The notes under the pieces are model-generated. The model saw only the letters and a list, made by a program, of their open reading frames with translations. It had not been told where the DNA came from and did not search any database. A program made the translations under genes and the position numbers. A stretch of 64,000 nucleotides of DNA, from positions 60,375,080 to 60,439,079 of the forward strand of contig NC_057719.1 of the NCBI RefSeq assembly GCF_004010195.1, read 5' to 3'. Source of the stretch: Chiloscyllium plagiosum. Its lineage: Eukaryota. The stretch's first letter is position 1; the number at the start of each line of letters is the position of its first letter. Positions 50,831 to 62,012 of the stretch are shown one piece after another.

Positions 50831-53329
50831 TTTTTCCAGCCTCAAAAAAAAGCTCTAAGTATGATTGAAATATCAATTAAATTATGCAATATACATTTCA
50901 ATGAATCAAGAAAATGAAAAGCTAAAATATTTATCTGTTGTGAAAAGCAGCTTTATTTTCATGTGTTTCTGTATTTTTAAAAAAAGCAAGTGCTGAAAAC
51001 AGTCTTCTGTCAGCAATTGAGTCCTGTACTGCAGGGATAGTAGCTCTCCTAAATTATGGAACATATCTTACACTCCATGCAATTTCAGTGCTGCAGAAGG
51101 AATCAAGCCAATTAAGGAAATTGTATACTTCAATTACTTATTCTTCAAAATGATTCTTGCTTTGAACCACTCAAATTACAACACTAATAACACTGCATTG
51201 TTCCAATATCAGCATGCTGCCTTTCATGCTTCAGATAGGATAGGGAGTTGAAATTTTGCACTGATTGATTTGATTTCTGGGATCTGTTATAATATAAATA
51301 TTGGTGCATAGAAAATTACTCAAATTATATTCCAATTCCAAAATTCTCTCCCTGCGGAAGCACCTTATCTCTAATCTGTGACTTGGGCTAATCTGTAACA
51401 CACAGCAATGCTCGCTACCACTTACACTGAACATGAAGTAAGTGGAGCGACTATTGCTATCATGATCATTAGGACAGCTAGTGATCAGTGGAATGGAAAA
51501 TGCAAGGCCACTCGACTGTTGGTTACTAGATACATTTTATTTTCAGATAGAGCACTTGTACAGCTCCCGGCCCCACAATATAAGCATTCCTTTACCCATG
51601 ATTTTTGGAGACACTTTCAGCGGCTATTTAAACTATTGAGTGAATGACACAAAACAGCAGGGCATGCAGCGTACTTGGGAATACTCCATTTAGATTTGAA
51701 TGTTGCAACCGAGGTGCTTTAAGTGACACTGATCTTCAATTTGCAGATATAAACAATCTCCCACCAAAACATGACGTATTTCTTGCCGTTTACAGGTCTG
51801 TTTAAAAATTATGTCACATCGGTCTCAGAGGTCAATGGGTGACTCAGGTGCTACTCTTTAAATTTCCTGATTTCCGATTGATAGTTCATACTTACAACTG
51901 GATTATCAATTCCAAGATGTTAAGACTGCTACTGATGTCAATTTTAAAACTGTTGCTGCTATTATTGATAAGATAAATGAAAGCACAGAGGAGCCACATA
52001 AAGAGCACATATATTTGCAATGAAAGCAGATATATCAAAGTGTATCTGCCACGAAAAGAATGTGCTTTAGTGTTACTAAATATCTCAATCAACCATAGAT
52101 AACAGGAAATATTTGCTTGCACACCAGAGTCGTCTTTCTTCATTTAATGATAAACAAGTTAACTTATCCAAGTAACATAATATCTTATAATCTTTGGGGT
52201 TTAGCCATCGTGAAGTACTGTTTAGTACTGAAGTACAAATTAAACCCAGAGCGAGGGGAGGATTTTCCAGCCTTCTCCCTGCGTCATGTAAAATATAACA
52301 TTGGCTTTTGAAAATAATCTGGCCAGTTCAACAAGAAATACCCTGCAGTTGCTGGAAAGCTTGAAAATAAGTTGAAAAAAGGCATCTGTCTCATCAGTTC
52401 AACTTTGAACTCAATACCAGAGTAAGGACATTCTTTCAAACACAAGGTGAACCACAAAGAAGCCAGTGAACACTTAAAAGAGCACTTTTTTGGGCCATTT
52501 TAGGCAGCTATGAAATATCTTTTAGCCAGCTGTTATGTAGATAGGACTGTTAGCAAGCTTAAGGGATATTTCAAAAAAAAGGAATAAGTGGTCAGCCATT
52601 TGATTGTCTGGCCCAAAATGTTAGATAGTATAAGCTGCCTCCACCAAGGATTTAGAAAATACAACGTTCAGACATTAGGTTTTGTTTTCTGAGGATATGG
52701 GCCAAATGCTGGAAAATGGGACCAGATTAATTTAGGATATCTGGGAAATTTGGACAAGTTAGATTGAAGGGTGTGTTTCCGCGCTGTACAGCTCTATGAC
52801 TCCATGAGTACTGTTCAAAAAGAGGAATGTAATCAAGGCTCTTCTTGCATTCATCAAGGCAAGAAATACCAAAGTAAAGGGAAAACACCATTTAAACTTT
52901 TAGGGAGGAGAGTACTAATTAGTTGGAAAGTGAACTCTGATTGCCTTGGACAATTCACAAGTTAATGACAGCTCACAGTTAATTGGTAAGCTTTGTTCAA
53001 ATCTTAAACCAGATATATTGACTGATTAATCAAAGTATTGCCCAAAGAAATGAGCCAGAAAAATGGTTGCACTTATTTTGCTGTGTTGAAATAGACACAG
53101 TGTATACTTTTTTTTTGTTTACATGGAAAAAGGCCCTGTGTATTAATATATGCAGGTTGAATTGCAAACCAATGTACCACACTGTGAGCCCAACTGACAA
53201 TCCTATATTGGTTGTAAATATAATTTGTTTTGTTTTTACTTTATTTGACAGTATAATTTATCTCCCTCTCTTAATCCCAACTTCCTCTGCACATATTTGG
53301 TCTCATAGACAAATTTCATGAGGTAGAGT

Positions 53330-53650
53330 CGGAACCTCTGTTTCTGTGGAGGCATTGCCAGTTCACTTTCATCTAATAGAGTCCAACAGTTGATCCATCT
53401 CTATGAAAACTTTCAGGTCAACGATGTAGTCTGAAACCACTTGCATGCCCATGTGACAGTGTCTTCTTTTACATAACTTTGAAGCATGTCTCCATGCCTG
53501 ACAATGCCTTGGAGGTAAAGTACACTGGTTTCCAACATCCATCTGGTTGCTCCTGAGAGAGCACTGCCCTCTCAGCTTCTGCAGCCGAAGCATTGACAGC
53601 TATGATAATTGACAAGGAAGAACATGGTAAGCAAAGACATGAGCATGTCT
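53330..53650 (-). mobile_element. Gypsy LTR-retrotransposon RNase H remnant
   Basis: IIIAVNASA..AVLSQEQPDGCWKPVYFTSKALSGMET...VTWAC..SDYIVDLKVFIEMD. Confidence 0.8.
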
Positions 53651-53699
53651 TTGATCTTTCGGAAAGCATATGCGGATGCAAATCCTAGCTTCACTGTTA

Positions 53700-54508
53700 C
53701 ATTTTCTTGATTATCCCTACAAGGTGGGCGGGCACTATTTCATTCGGATAATTGATTATTTGGTTATTGATTTCCTCTGGGGCTCGGCGTTTTCTGATAA
53801 GTCTGCTCCCCGTTCAGGAAACTAGGTAGCAATATATGAGCACCCGTCCACCCACCCTGCCCACACCCACACCTGGCCCGCCCCCAAACCTCATCTGCCC
53901 CCATCCTGCCCCTAAACCAGTCCGCCCCCCCCCGCCCATACCCCGCACCCTCGTCCACCCTCACCCACTGACCGACCCCCGTCCCCCGGCTGACCCACCC
54001 CCTCCCACCCCCAACCCTGCATTCCCGTGCATCCCTACCCACCATCCAACCCCGCCCCCGGGGCAGCCGGACTGTACACCAACAGTAAGACTGCTGTGCC
54101 TTTGTGGGGTAAGTCTCCAAATAGTGCACACACTGCCACACACACAACTTTTTACTGCAACTGTTTGACAGGTTCCACCTTTGCCCTGTACAAGACAATG
54201 TTGAAGAGATTATGTGGGGAAGGGGGGTTTAGGGTTCACCCTTATGTAGAACTCCAGGGAAAGTGTGGGGATTGGTGGTCTGGCGGGGAAGAGAGTGAGG
54301 GAGGTCAGCTATTTGGAGACGGTGCCCAGACTGTTCTCGGCAGCATTTCAGTGAGCCGAGTTTGTTTTTAGTCATTGTACCTGTAAATAAAAGATGCGAT
54401 CAGGGTTGAAACAGCTCTTTGACATAATGTTTCTGTTGGGGTCTTGAGATCTCCTTCGGATAATCCGAAATTCAGACAATTGATATTCAGATAATCAAGA
54501 CTCCTCTG
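53700..54508. mobile_element. Non-autonomous Tigger/pogo-like element with internal C-rich tract
   Basis: Right end gataatcaagactcctctg|TA, left end TA|ca...tcttgattatcc; repeated cggataat motifs. Confidence 0.6.
53843..54060 (+). repeat. C-rich low-complexity tract
   Basis: Dense CCC runs over about 220 bp. Confidence 0.9.
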
Positions 54509-54669
54509 TAGTTGCCTCAAAGGCTCAACTGTTGTTGACAAGTGAGGTAAAAAAAATTACCAACAGTGATCTATTTGGTTGATCTCTGATTTAAATAGTT
54601 GAAATGACATTGTTTCTCCTGGTGATCCTTTTTAATGTGATTATTTCTTATTTAAGAATTGCTTAAATT

Positions 54670-55060
54670 ATCATTGAAATGTATTGGATTTTTAAGGGGT
54701 TTGACAGGGTAAACACTGAGAGGATGTTTCCCCTCATGGGAGAGTCTAGAACCAGAGGACATGGTCTCAGGATGAAGGGGAAGTATTTTAAGACTAAGAT
54801 GAGGAGAAATTTATTTTCCCAGAGGGCTTGAGTGTCTTTATAATTCCTTGCCACAGAGAGCTATGAGGCCAAAATTTTTGTAGATATTTTTAAAACTGAG
54901 ATAGATGTTTGATCAGTAGGGAAGAAAGGGTTATGACGAAAAGGCAGAGAAGTGGACATAAGGAATGTCAGATCAACTATAAACCTATTGAATGATGGAG
55001 CTGGCTTGATGAGCTGAATGGCATATTCCCGATTCTACTCCAATTCCTTGTGGTCTTACA
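54670..55060 (+). mobile_element. CR1 3' end fragment
   Basis: FKGFDRVNTERMFPLMGESRTRGHGLRMKG..FKTKMRRNLFSQR plus 3' UTR. Confidence 0.85.
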
Positions 55061-55216
55061 GTCTAATCTACAGATCAGCTTGCAGACACATTAACTTCCT
55101 ATTCCAGACATTGCAGTCACATACGTATCTCAGAGGCCCATGCAGCAACCCAATTAAAAGGGAACAAAGGTGGCAAGATGATCTTAACACCAAGATGGGC
55201 CTCACTGAACATCTTG

Positions 55217-55405
55217 GCAAAAGTGAGGACTGCAGATGCTGGAAACCAGAGTTTAGATCAGAGTGGTGCTGGAAAAGCACAGCAGGTCAGACAGCATCTG
55301 AGCAGCAGGAAAGATAAAGGGCTTTTGCCTGAAAGGTTGATTTTCCTGCTCCTCAGATGCTGCCTGACCTGCTGTGCTTTTCCAGCACCATTCTGATCTA
55401 AACTA
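55217..55405. mobile_element. Penelope-derived hairpin insertion
   Basis: Inverted arms agtttagatcaga...tctgatctaaact; direct repeat tcactgaacatc(t/c)tg at 55202-55216 and 55406-55420. Confidence 0.9.
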
Positions 55406-55549
55406 TCACTGAACATCCTGTTCAATTCTTCCCCACATCCTGCCTGAGCCCACATTGCTCAAATCGCCATAAGACTACACCTATTGTATTCCATTATATT
55501 GTTGATGATTGACCAGCCTGGCTGACCCTGAGTCAAAACTGAGTTGAAA

Positions 55550-55666
55550 GTGAGGACTGCAGATGCTGGAGATCAGAGGAAGAAGGGTTCATGCCTGAAA
55601 CATTGATTTTCCTGCTCCTTGGTTGCTGCCTGACCTGCTGCGCTTTTCCAGCAACACATTTTCAGC
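55550..55666. mobile_element. Penelope-derived short insertion
   Basis: gtgaggactgcagatgctgg...gaagaagggttcatgcctgaaac; direct repeat tcaaaactgag(t/c)tgaaa at 55533-55549 and 55667-55683. Confidence 0.85.
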
Positions 55667-57960
55667 TCAAAACTGAGCTGAAACTGGGTAAACTGTGGAC
55701 TTGGATTCTTCCTACTCATTTACTGTTAAATCCACAAATCAACAATCTACTAAACAAACATTCTAATCTTTATAATCAGTTATTTTGTTGGGAAATTTGC
55801 TACAACCTAATTAAATTCCATTAGCAGACTTGCAATTATTTAGAAGAAAACATTGATCTTAAACTGCAATACAAAGGAGTTCTTTGTACATGAAACTGTA
55901 GCAATACTAAGATATTCTTTTTAATATATGCTGTACTGCTGCTTGGCATACTATTCTCAAAATTATTTTTGCAGAGACTTGAAGAACACGTATATGTGTA
56001 ACATAGCTACATTTTGGGATAATACATGTTGAGAACTCAAAATAAATGTATTCAATTTCAACATTTCCAATGAAACTGTTACCTACAAAGTCTAAATTTT
56101 TTGACAAAACAGATCAAACAAATGCAGCAACCTTTGGGGAGAGAGGAAATATTCAATTTCAGGATTTAATTAATATAAAGGAAAATTAATATTCTGAGAC
56201 ATAAAATTCTATGTTCCACAATCTTCCCAATGTGTTTAAAACAGCTATTGCCAAATATTATCTTTTCTGCAGAGTTTATTGTGAAATATGAAGTATGAGG
56301 CAGTGTAGGTCACTAATGCATAATTGATTAGAATCCATAGATGGTTACAGCAAAGATTTCTACAAATTTTGAAGCAAGTAATTCTTTTAGTAATGGGAGC
56401 ACCATGACAGTTTTCTATTTGTGTTCTTCATTCCTCCAACATAAATAACACACTAATCAACAGTTATACCTTCTGAAGCAGAACGAGATTACTGCGGCAG
56501 TTCTGCTTAGGCTGCCCTTTAGGTGTCGTATCATCCCTTCTTCATTTTACTTTGCTTAGAAGGTTGAAACCAAATACACTTAATTTGATTCAGTAAGTTC
56601 AATCATAAAACTGTCTGTTTGGCTTCTCTGATAATCACATGCACATGATGAAGACGAAAGGTCTGAATCCTGAATGTTTGAAGCTTTGAATAAACTCTTT
56701 GTTTGGCACCTTGGAGACTTTTTGTACTGTCGGCTTCTGAACATAAAACACTTCTCATTTAATCTATTTACAGACTTAGAAATATCTTAGCAATGCACAA
56801 GATCAGAAGAAATTCTGCAAAAAACGGTTATCTGTTATCAGTTATATAAAGCCATGAGTGTGAATTTTTGTCTGCTGTGTAGACAGGTCAGTAAAAATGT
56901 ATGGGTTGATGTAACATTACAAAGAAATTTCTGTTACAGCTGTCCTTAGTGACATTTTGTCAGGTTTAAGCCAAATTATGCATTCAAATTCTCTTAACAA
57001 CCTCTCCAGGTGTTACTCACGATAAAAACGGATGAAGCTATCATTCAAATGCACAAAGCAATTCCAGGATTCTTTCTCCACTAATTCTTTCCCAGCCATT
57101 AAAAAGTTACACAATGTAATCTCTAATCTAAAGGAAACATTTAGTAACTGCAAGTCACTTGTTATTTACAGTTTGGCATGTGTTATGTAAAACTGTTCAG
57201 ATCATATCTCCTCACATTTACAGTTCTCCAATAAAAAATAATAATAGCATGAATCATTCTTCAAGGTGCAGCATTAAATAATTCCTAAACTATGCAAATC
57301 TATGGTTTAAGCTATAAATTTGGCTTTACTTTCACTTAACTGCTCAAAACACATCACATTGGCAAACATTCTCAAACCTACATAAGAAAGGGAAGTCAAT
57401 ATATTTGTATTAACCGTAGCAGTATTTCTTAAATGCTTTAGGATATAGACAAAGTCAGAAGTGCTTTATTGAAGATCACAGAATGCATACAATATTTTTT
57501 ACTAGTGTTTTCTAAGTCAACCATGAAAGAACATAGCAGCATGTGGAATAAGAAAAGGTAATTCAGTTGAAGTGAATGAGCATGCTCCAACAGGCCATGT
57601 AAAATTTGTATTGGTGAGGACACTCCCCAGTAAGCCCATTTACCCATGGTATCAGAACAATTCTTGCAAAAAGGGACAAAATCTAAAATTTCTACCTCAA
57701 TCCTAGAAAGCAAATGAACAAAATTCCAGAATGCCCAATAAGTATTATATCCTCTAAATTATTTTTCTTAATATTAATGCATAAACAGTTAATATGTTTG
57801 TTTGACATTCCACTATCCATAAAGGAGTTAACTCACTTAAAATAACAGGTTTAAGTGAGTTAAAAAAGTAGAAAGAGGATTGCCACACCGATACATTAAG
57901 GGGTTTTCTACAAATATCACCAAGCAATTTCTATCCTCATATATATTATTGGTGGAATAT

Positions 57961-58272
57961 ATTAGATTAGATTCCCTACATATGAAAACAGGCCCTTCGG
58001 CCCAACAAGCCCACACCGACCCTCCGAAGAGTAACCCACCCAAATTTCCCTCTGACTAATGCATCTAACACTATGAGCAACTTAGAATGGCCAATTCACC
58101 AAACCTGTACATCTTTGGACTGTGGGAGTAAACCAGAGCACCCGAAGGAAACCCACGCAGACACCGGCATAATGTGCAAACTCCACACAGACAGTTACCC
58201 AAGATAGGAATCGAAACTGGGTTCCTGGCACTGTGAGGCAGCAGTGCTAACCACTGAGCCACAGTGTCACCC
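57961..58272 (-). mobile_element. HE1-type V-SINE
   Basis: Reverse complement of tRNA head, V domain and (taatc)n tail. Confidence 0.92.
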
Positions 58273-59229
58273 CCGCTTTATGACAATATTTTATCAGAAA
58301 TTCCTACTTGATGAGAGGAAGGATGATTTGGACTCGGAATTGGTTAAATCTATGCAATTGATTGTTAATAAAAATGCAACTGCACAGACGCCTACTGGGT
58401 ATCATGTTGTCAGTGTTGCTCTTTATAAACTATAATGATTACCGAGATAAGGTGTTGTAGTTTCTACCTCCAACTTTGTAGATAGGTCAAAGACCTGTAC
58501 TATTGTTGGGATCCTAAATGATGAAAGGGAAGCTATAATATGATCCAGATATAATGGAAATTGGGCCTGCAATTTGAGGACATTGTTTATTATAAAACAA
58601 GGAGCTACACATGTGAGTAGATTCAATGCCAAGCACATACACTTCAAACATACAAATTTAAAATAAATCTAAAATAATTATTGGTTTCATCTGAAATAAA
58701 GAGCAGAACAGATGTGGGATCAGGGTTAGCAAATTTGCACCATCAAGCAGACTATGGACTTCCTCATGTAGTCCCACCTCCCAGTGTTTTTAACAAAGGC
58801 ATTGTATTGTGCATAACATCAACTTACCTGGTGGGTAATCAATTAAAGATGTATAAGAGTCAATTGAAAGTTTATTGAACAACAGAATGAGATTATGGAG
58901 GAGAGACATGGGAAATACCTAGGTACATCCATGTAGAGGAGGAAACAGTGCAGCAAGGAGCCATTCACAGAGCAGAATACTCTGTAAAAAGGAAAACAAC
59001 AGACAGCACTTCATGTGGTGGTCATTTTATGAGCTGAATTTACAGAGCTTCATGTTGGGAAGTTGGAAAGAGGGAGTGCATCTGTGAGGGTTAGTGGAAC
59101 ATGACAGGGAAGGTCCAGACAGCTGTTACAGTGCAGCTGATGTCATTCATGAACATGGTGCTCAGCCACATAGAGCTGATGATGAGCAGTGATAAAGAAC
59201 AACCACTCCCAATTACAAAGATGCAAAAT

Positions 59230-59800
59230 GATGCATAAGAGACAGGGAGAGAGTAAAGGCGATACATTCACCTTAGAATCTATTGCCAAAGAATCATCTT
59301 TCTGGACATGTCAGAGTAGCAGTCTATCAGAGAGTGGGCCTTATCAGGCAACTGTTTGCAGATTCATGCTCCCTCTTGCTGGAGCAATTCAGTCTTCAGC
59401 ATTTGCCAGGTCATGCTCAGCAGTCATTATGAAATTCACAGTGACACAACTTCTTTGCCTCTGGGTTATTTCAAGAGGTGAGTATTACAAGTGAAACTTA
59501 ATGCAGCATCAGACTGATGAACGATGCTTTGCAATGAGAATGGATCGGAATACAGTGATTGCCAGACCGATGGGCGCACAAAAGCACAAAGGACTCTGGG
59601 TTTTGCACTTATCATTGAGTTTCTAAGATGAAGGACGATGTTGATTGCACCCATGTGGTCAATGCTCTGGCTGCACAGTCAACACCATTTAGAAATAAAA
59701 AGGGATTCCACTCCCTCATTGTTAGATGGTGTGTGGTCACAAGTGTTTTCTTTGGGTTTTGTAGTTTCCTGGCATTTGTCATTATACCTTGAACATGAAA
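59230..59800 (+). mobile_element. PIF/Harbinger transposase remnant (DDE_Tnp_4, HARBI1-like)
   Basis: SFLDMSE, NFFASGLFQ and DVDCTHV..PFRNKKGFHSL in the expected order, with frameshifts. Confidence 0.8.
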
Positions 59801-60819
59801 CAATTGCTGGCATGCAGCCGTCCATTCTACCTAAAAGACTGTGAATTGGGCTCTGGTAAGGGCAAAATTTAAGGAAGAAGCTGTGTAGCTGACAGCCACA
59901 AAGAAGGGCTACACACAGAGCAGTTGGAGGGTGAAGGTGATCAGCATGCAGAGATAAAGCAAAAGCAGATAGAGACAGAAAGATGAATATACAGAATGTG
60001 AGGAGAAGAAAAAAATCACTCTTAGGAAAAAGGCAATATGTATTATGTTGGTCAGACAAGAGGTCGAGGAGGCACTGTGTGAGTTGATTAAGAAGATCTA
60101 AAACCCACGAACCTATGTGACTAGCCCAGTGATGCTAAAGAACTAGACTCTTTCCCAGAAGTGAACGAAGTTGGGGAATGGTTTGGGGAAAGTGATGGCA
60201 ACTGGGTGGTTGAAAATGAATTCTAGAAAACTAAAGCCATCAGAAGTGTCTTAACTCAGAGACAGAATGTTCTTAAAAGTGTGCCTTGATGACCGTCATA
60301 CTGATGAAACTTGTGTGTGAGAGGTGCAGTCAGCTCAGATTCCTTAACCTGCATGAGTGAGGAACAGAATAGGTTCAAACTGAATAGCCACATTATGCCA
60401 CACGTGTAGGAAATTTGGTAATGCTTATAGTTGTTGTATTGATTATTTAAAGTGAAATTTATTGTATTATTTAATGCATCATTTCCCCATTAATTCACAT
60501 GTAATTTGTATTAAAAGTAAATTTATGAAAAGGAAATTTGCGGATAATCGCTTCACCTGTGGTCAATCAGTAAATTTGGTTTATAGCTTCCCCAGAGAGC
60601 TTACCCATTAGAACCATACCATCTCAGGATATGGGTCAGCACAGAACAGGCCATCAGACTCCTGATGATTTGGATCCTATGTCTTGACCATTCAGCATGT
60701 ATAGTCCTTCACGAGTCTCTCTAATTTGGTACTATATTGAATTCTTCATATCATGGCTCTCAGATGTAGACTGGGGAAAGTGCAAGGTGGAGGAGGAACA
60801 GCACTAGTTTTTATATTAC

Positions 60820-61003
60820 ATTAGATTTAGATTCACTACAGTGTGGAAACAGGCCCTTCAGCCCAACAAGTCCACACCGACCCTCCGAAGAGCAACCCAC
60901 CCAGACCCATTTACCCCTGACTAACGTACCTAACACTATGGGCAATTTAGCATGGCCAATTCACCTATAACCTGCACATTTTTGGATTGTGGGAGGAAAC
61001 CAG
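60820..61003 (-). mobile_element. 5'-truncated HE1-type SINE
   Basis: 3' half only, closely similar to the other copies. Confidence 0.9.
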
Positions 61004-61139
61004 ATCTTAGGAAGGAGAAATAGTTGTGGAGTATGGTGATCCAACAGTGCAAGGCCTTCCACAGGTCTGACTGGGGAAACTCAGGTTACACAAGTACAGA
61101 CACACATCTCCTGAGGGTGACTTATCCTGGAAGGCAGAG

Positions 61140-61330
61140 TGCTTCAGAAACTCAGCATGTTTGGTAGCATCAGTGGAAAGAGAAGCAGTAAGCATTTTTG
61201 AATCAAACATGACTCTTGTACAGAATCATATGAACTTGAAATATACGTTCTTTTGTCTTTCCACAAATATTGTTAAAAATGCTGAGCACCTCTAGCCCCG
61301 ACCTCCAACATCCATGGTATTTTGCTTTTA
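61140..61330. mobile_element. Old Penelope-derived inverted-repeat remnant
   Basis: ctcagcatgtttggtagcatcagtggaaaga ... tctttccacaaatattg...tgctgag. Confidence 0.55.
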
Positions 61331-61810
61331 TCATTCCAGAGGGCTTTTGGTTGAGAAATTAATCTTTGTTACAAGGAATATGTGCATCTGAGATATAGTT
61401 ACAAAAATGAACCCTCTTCCTGAAACATGTCTGGAAGAAAACCATTACTGGTCACAACGTTCTTAATCATCTATTTTCACATAACATATCCATTTCATCT
61501 TTCTGAAACTTAATTATCTCAGGATTGTTATTTGAGTCACTGACAATGTGAGATAGAGTCTAGCAAATTGTATGACTCAGGAAGAAAGGATTCTGATTCA
61601 TGGGACACTTTCACCAGTACTTAGGAAAGAGTGAGCTGTTCCATTGACATAGTGTCCACTTAAACTGATCTAGGGAGTCTGGAATACTGGGATACAGTCT
61701 CAGGATTAGAGAACAATCATTAAAGTCTCATATAAGGAAAGATTTATGTGAATTTTTAGAATTCTATAAGCACAAAAAGTTGTCTTTCATCCACTGCTGA
61801 ACATATTCAA

Positions 61811-62012
61811 GATTTGGAGATGCTGGTGTTGGACTGGGGTGTACAAAGTTAAAAATCACACAACACCAGGTAATAGTCCAACAAGTTTAATTGGAAGCAC
61901 ACTAGCTTTCGGAGCGACACAATCACCTGATGAAAGAGCGTCGCTCCGAAAGCTAGTGTGCTTCCAATTAAACCTGTTGGACTATAACCTGGTGTTGTGT
62001 GATTTTTAACTT
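61811..62012. mobile_element. Young hairpin insertion of a second Penelope-like family
   Basis: 75-bp inverted arms 61844-61918 and 61940-62014 with 2 mismatches; perfect 13-bp direct repeat tgaacatattcaa at 61798-61810 and 62013-62025. Confidence 0.85.
61924..61958 (+). ncRNA. Minimal type I hammerhead ribozyme-like motif
   Basis: CAC-CTGATGA-A-aGAGC-GTC-GCTCc-GAAA-GCTA-GTG: helix I CAC/GTG, helix II, palindromic AGCT helix III, CUA triplet; closing pair of helix II is an A-C mismatch. Confidence 0.65.

Noticed and set aside
53764..54371. Proline-rich and glycine-rich ORFs
   Set aside because: Translation artefacts of a C-rich low-complexity tract
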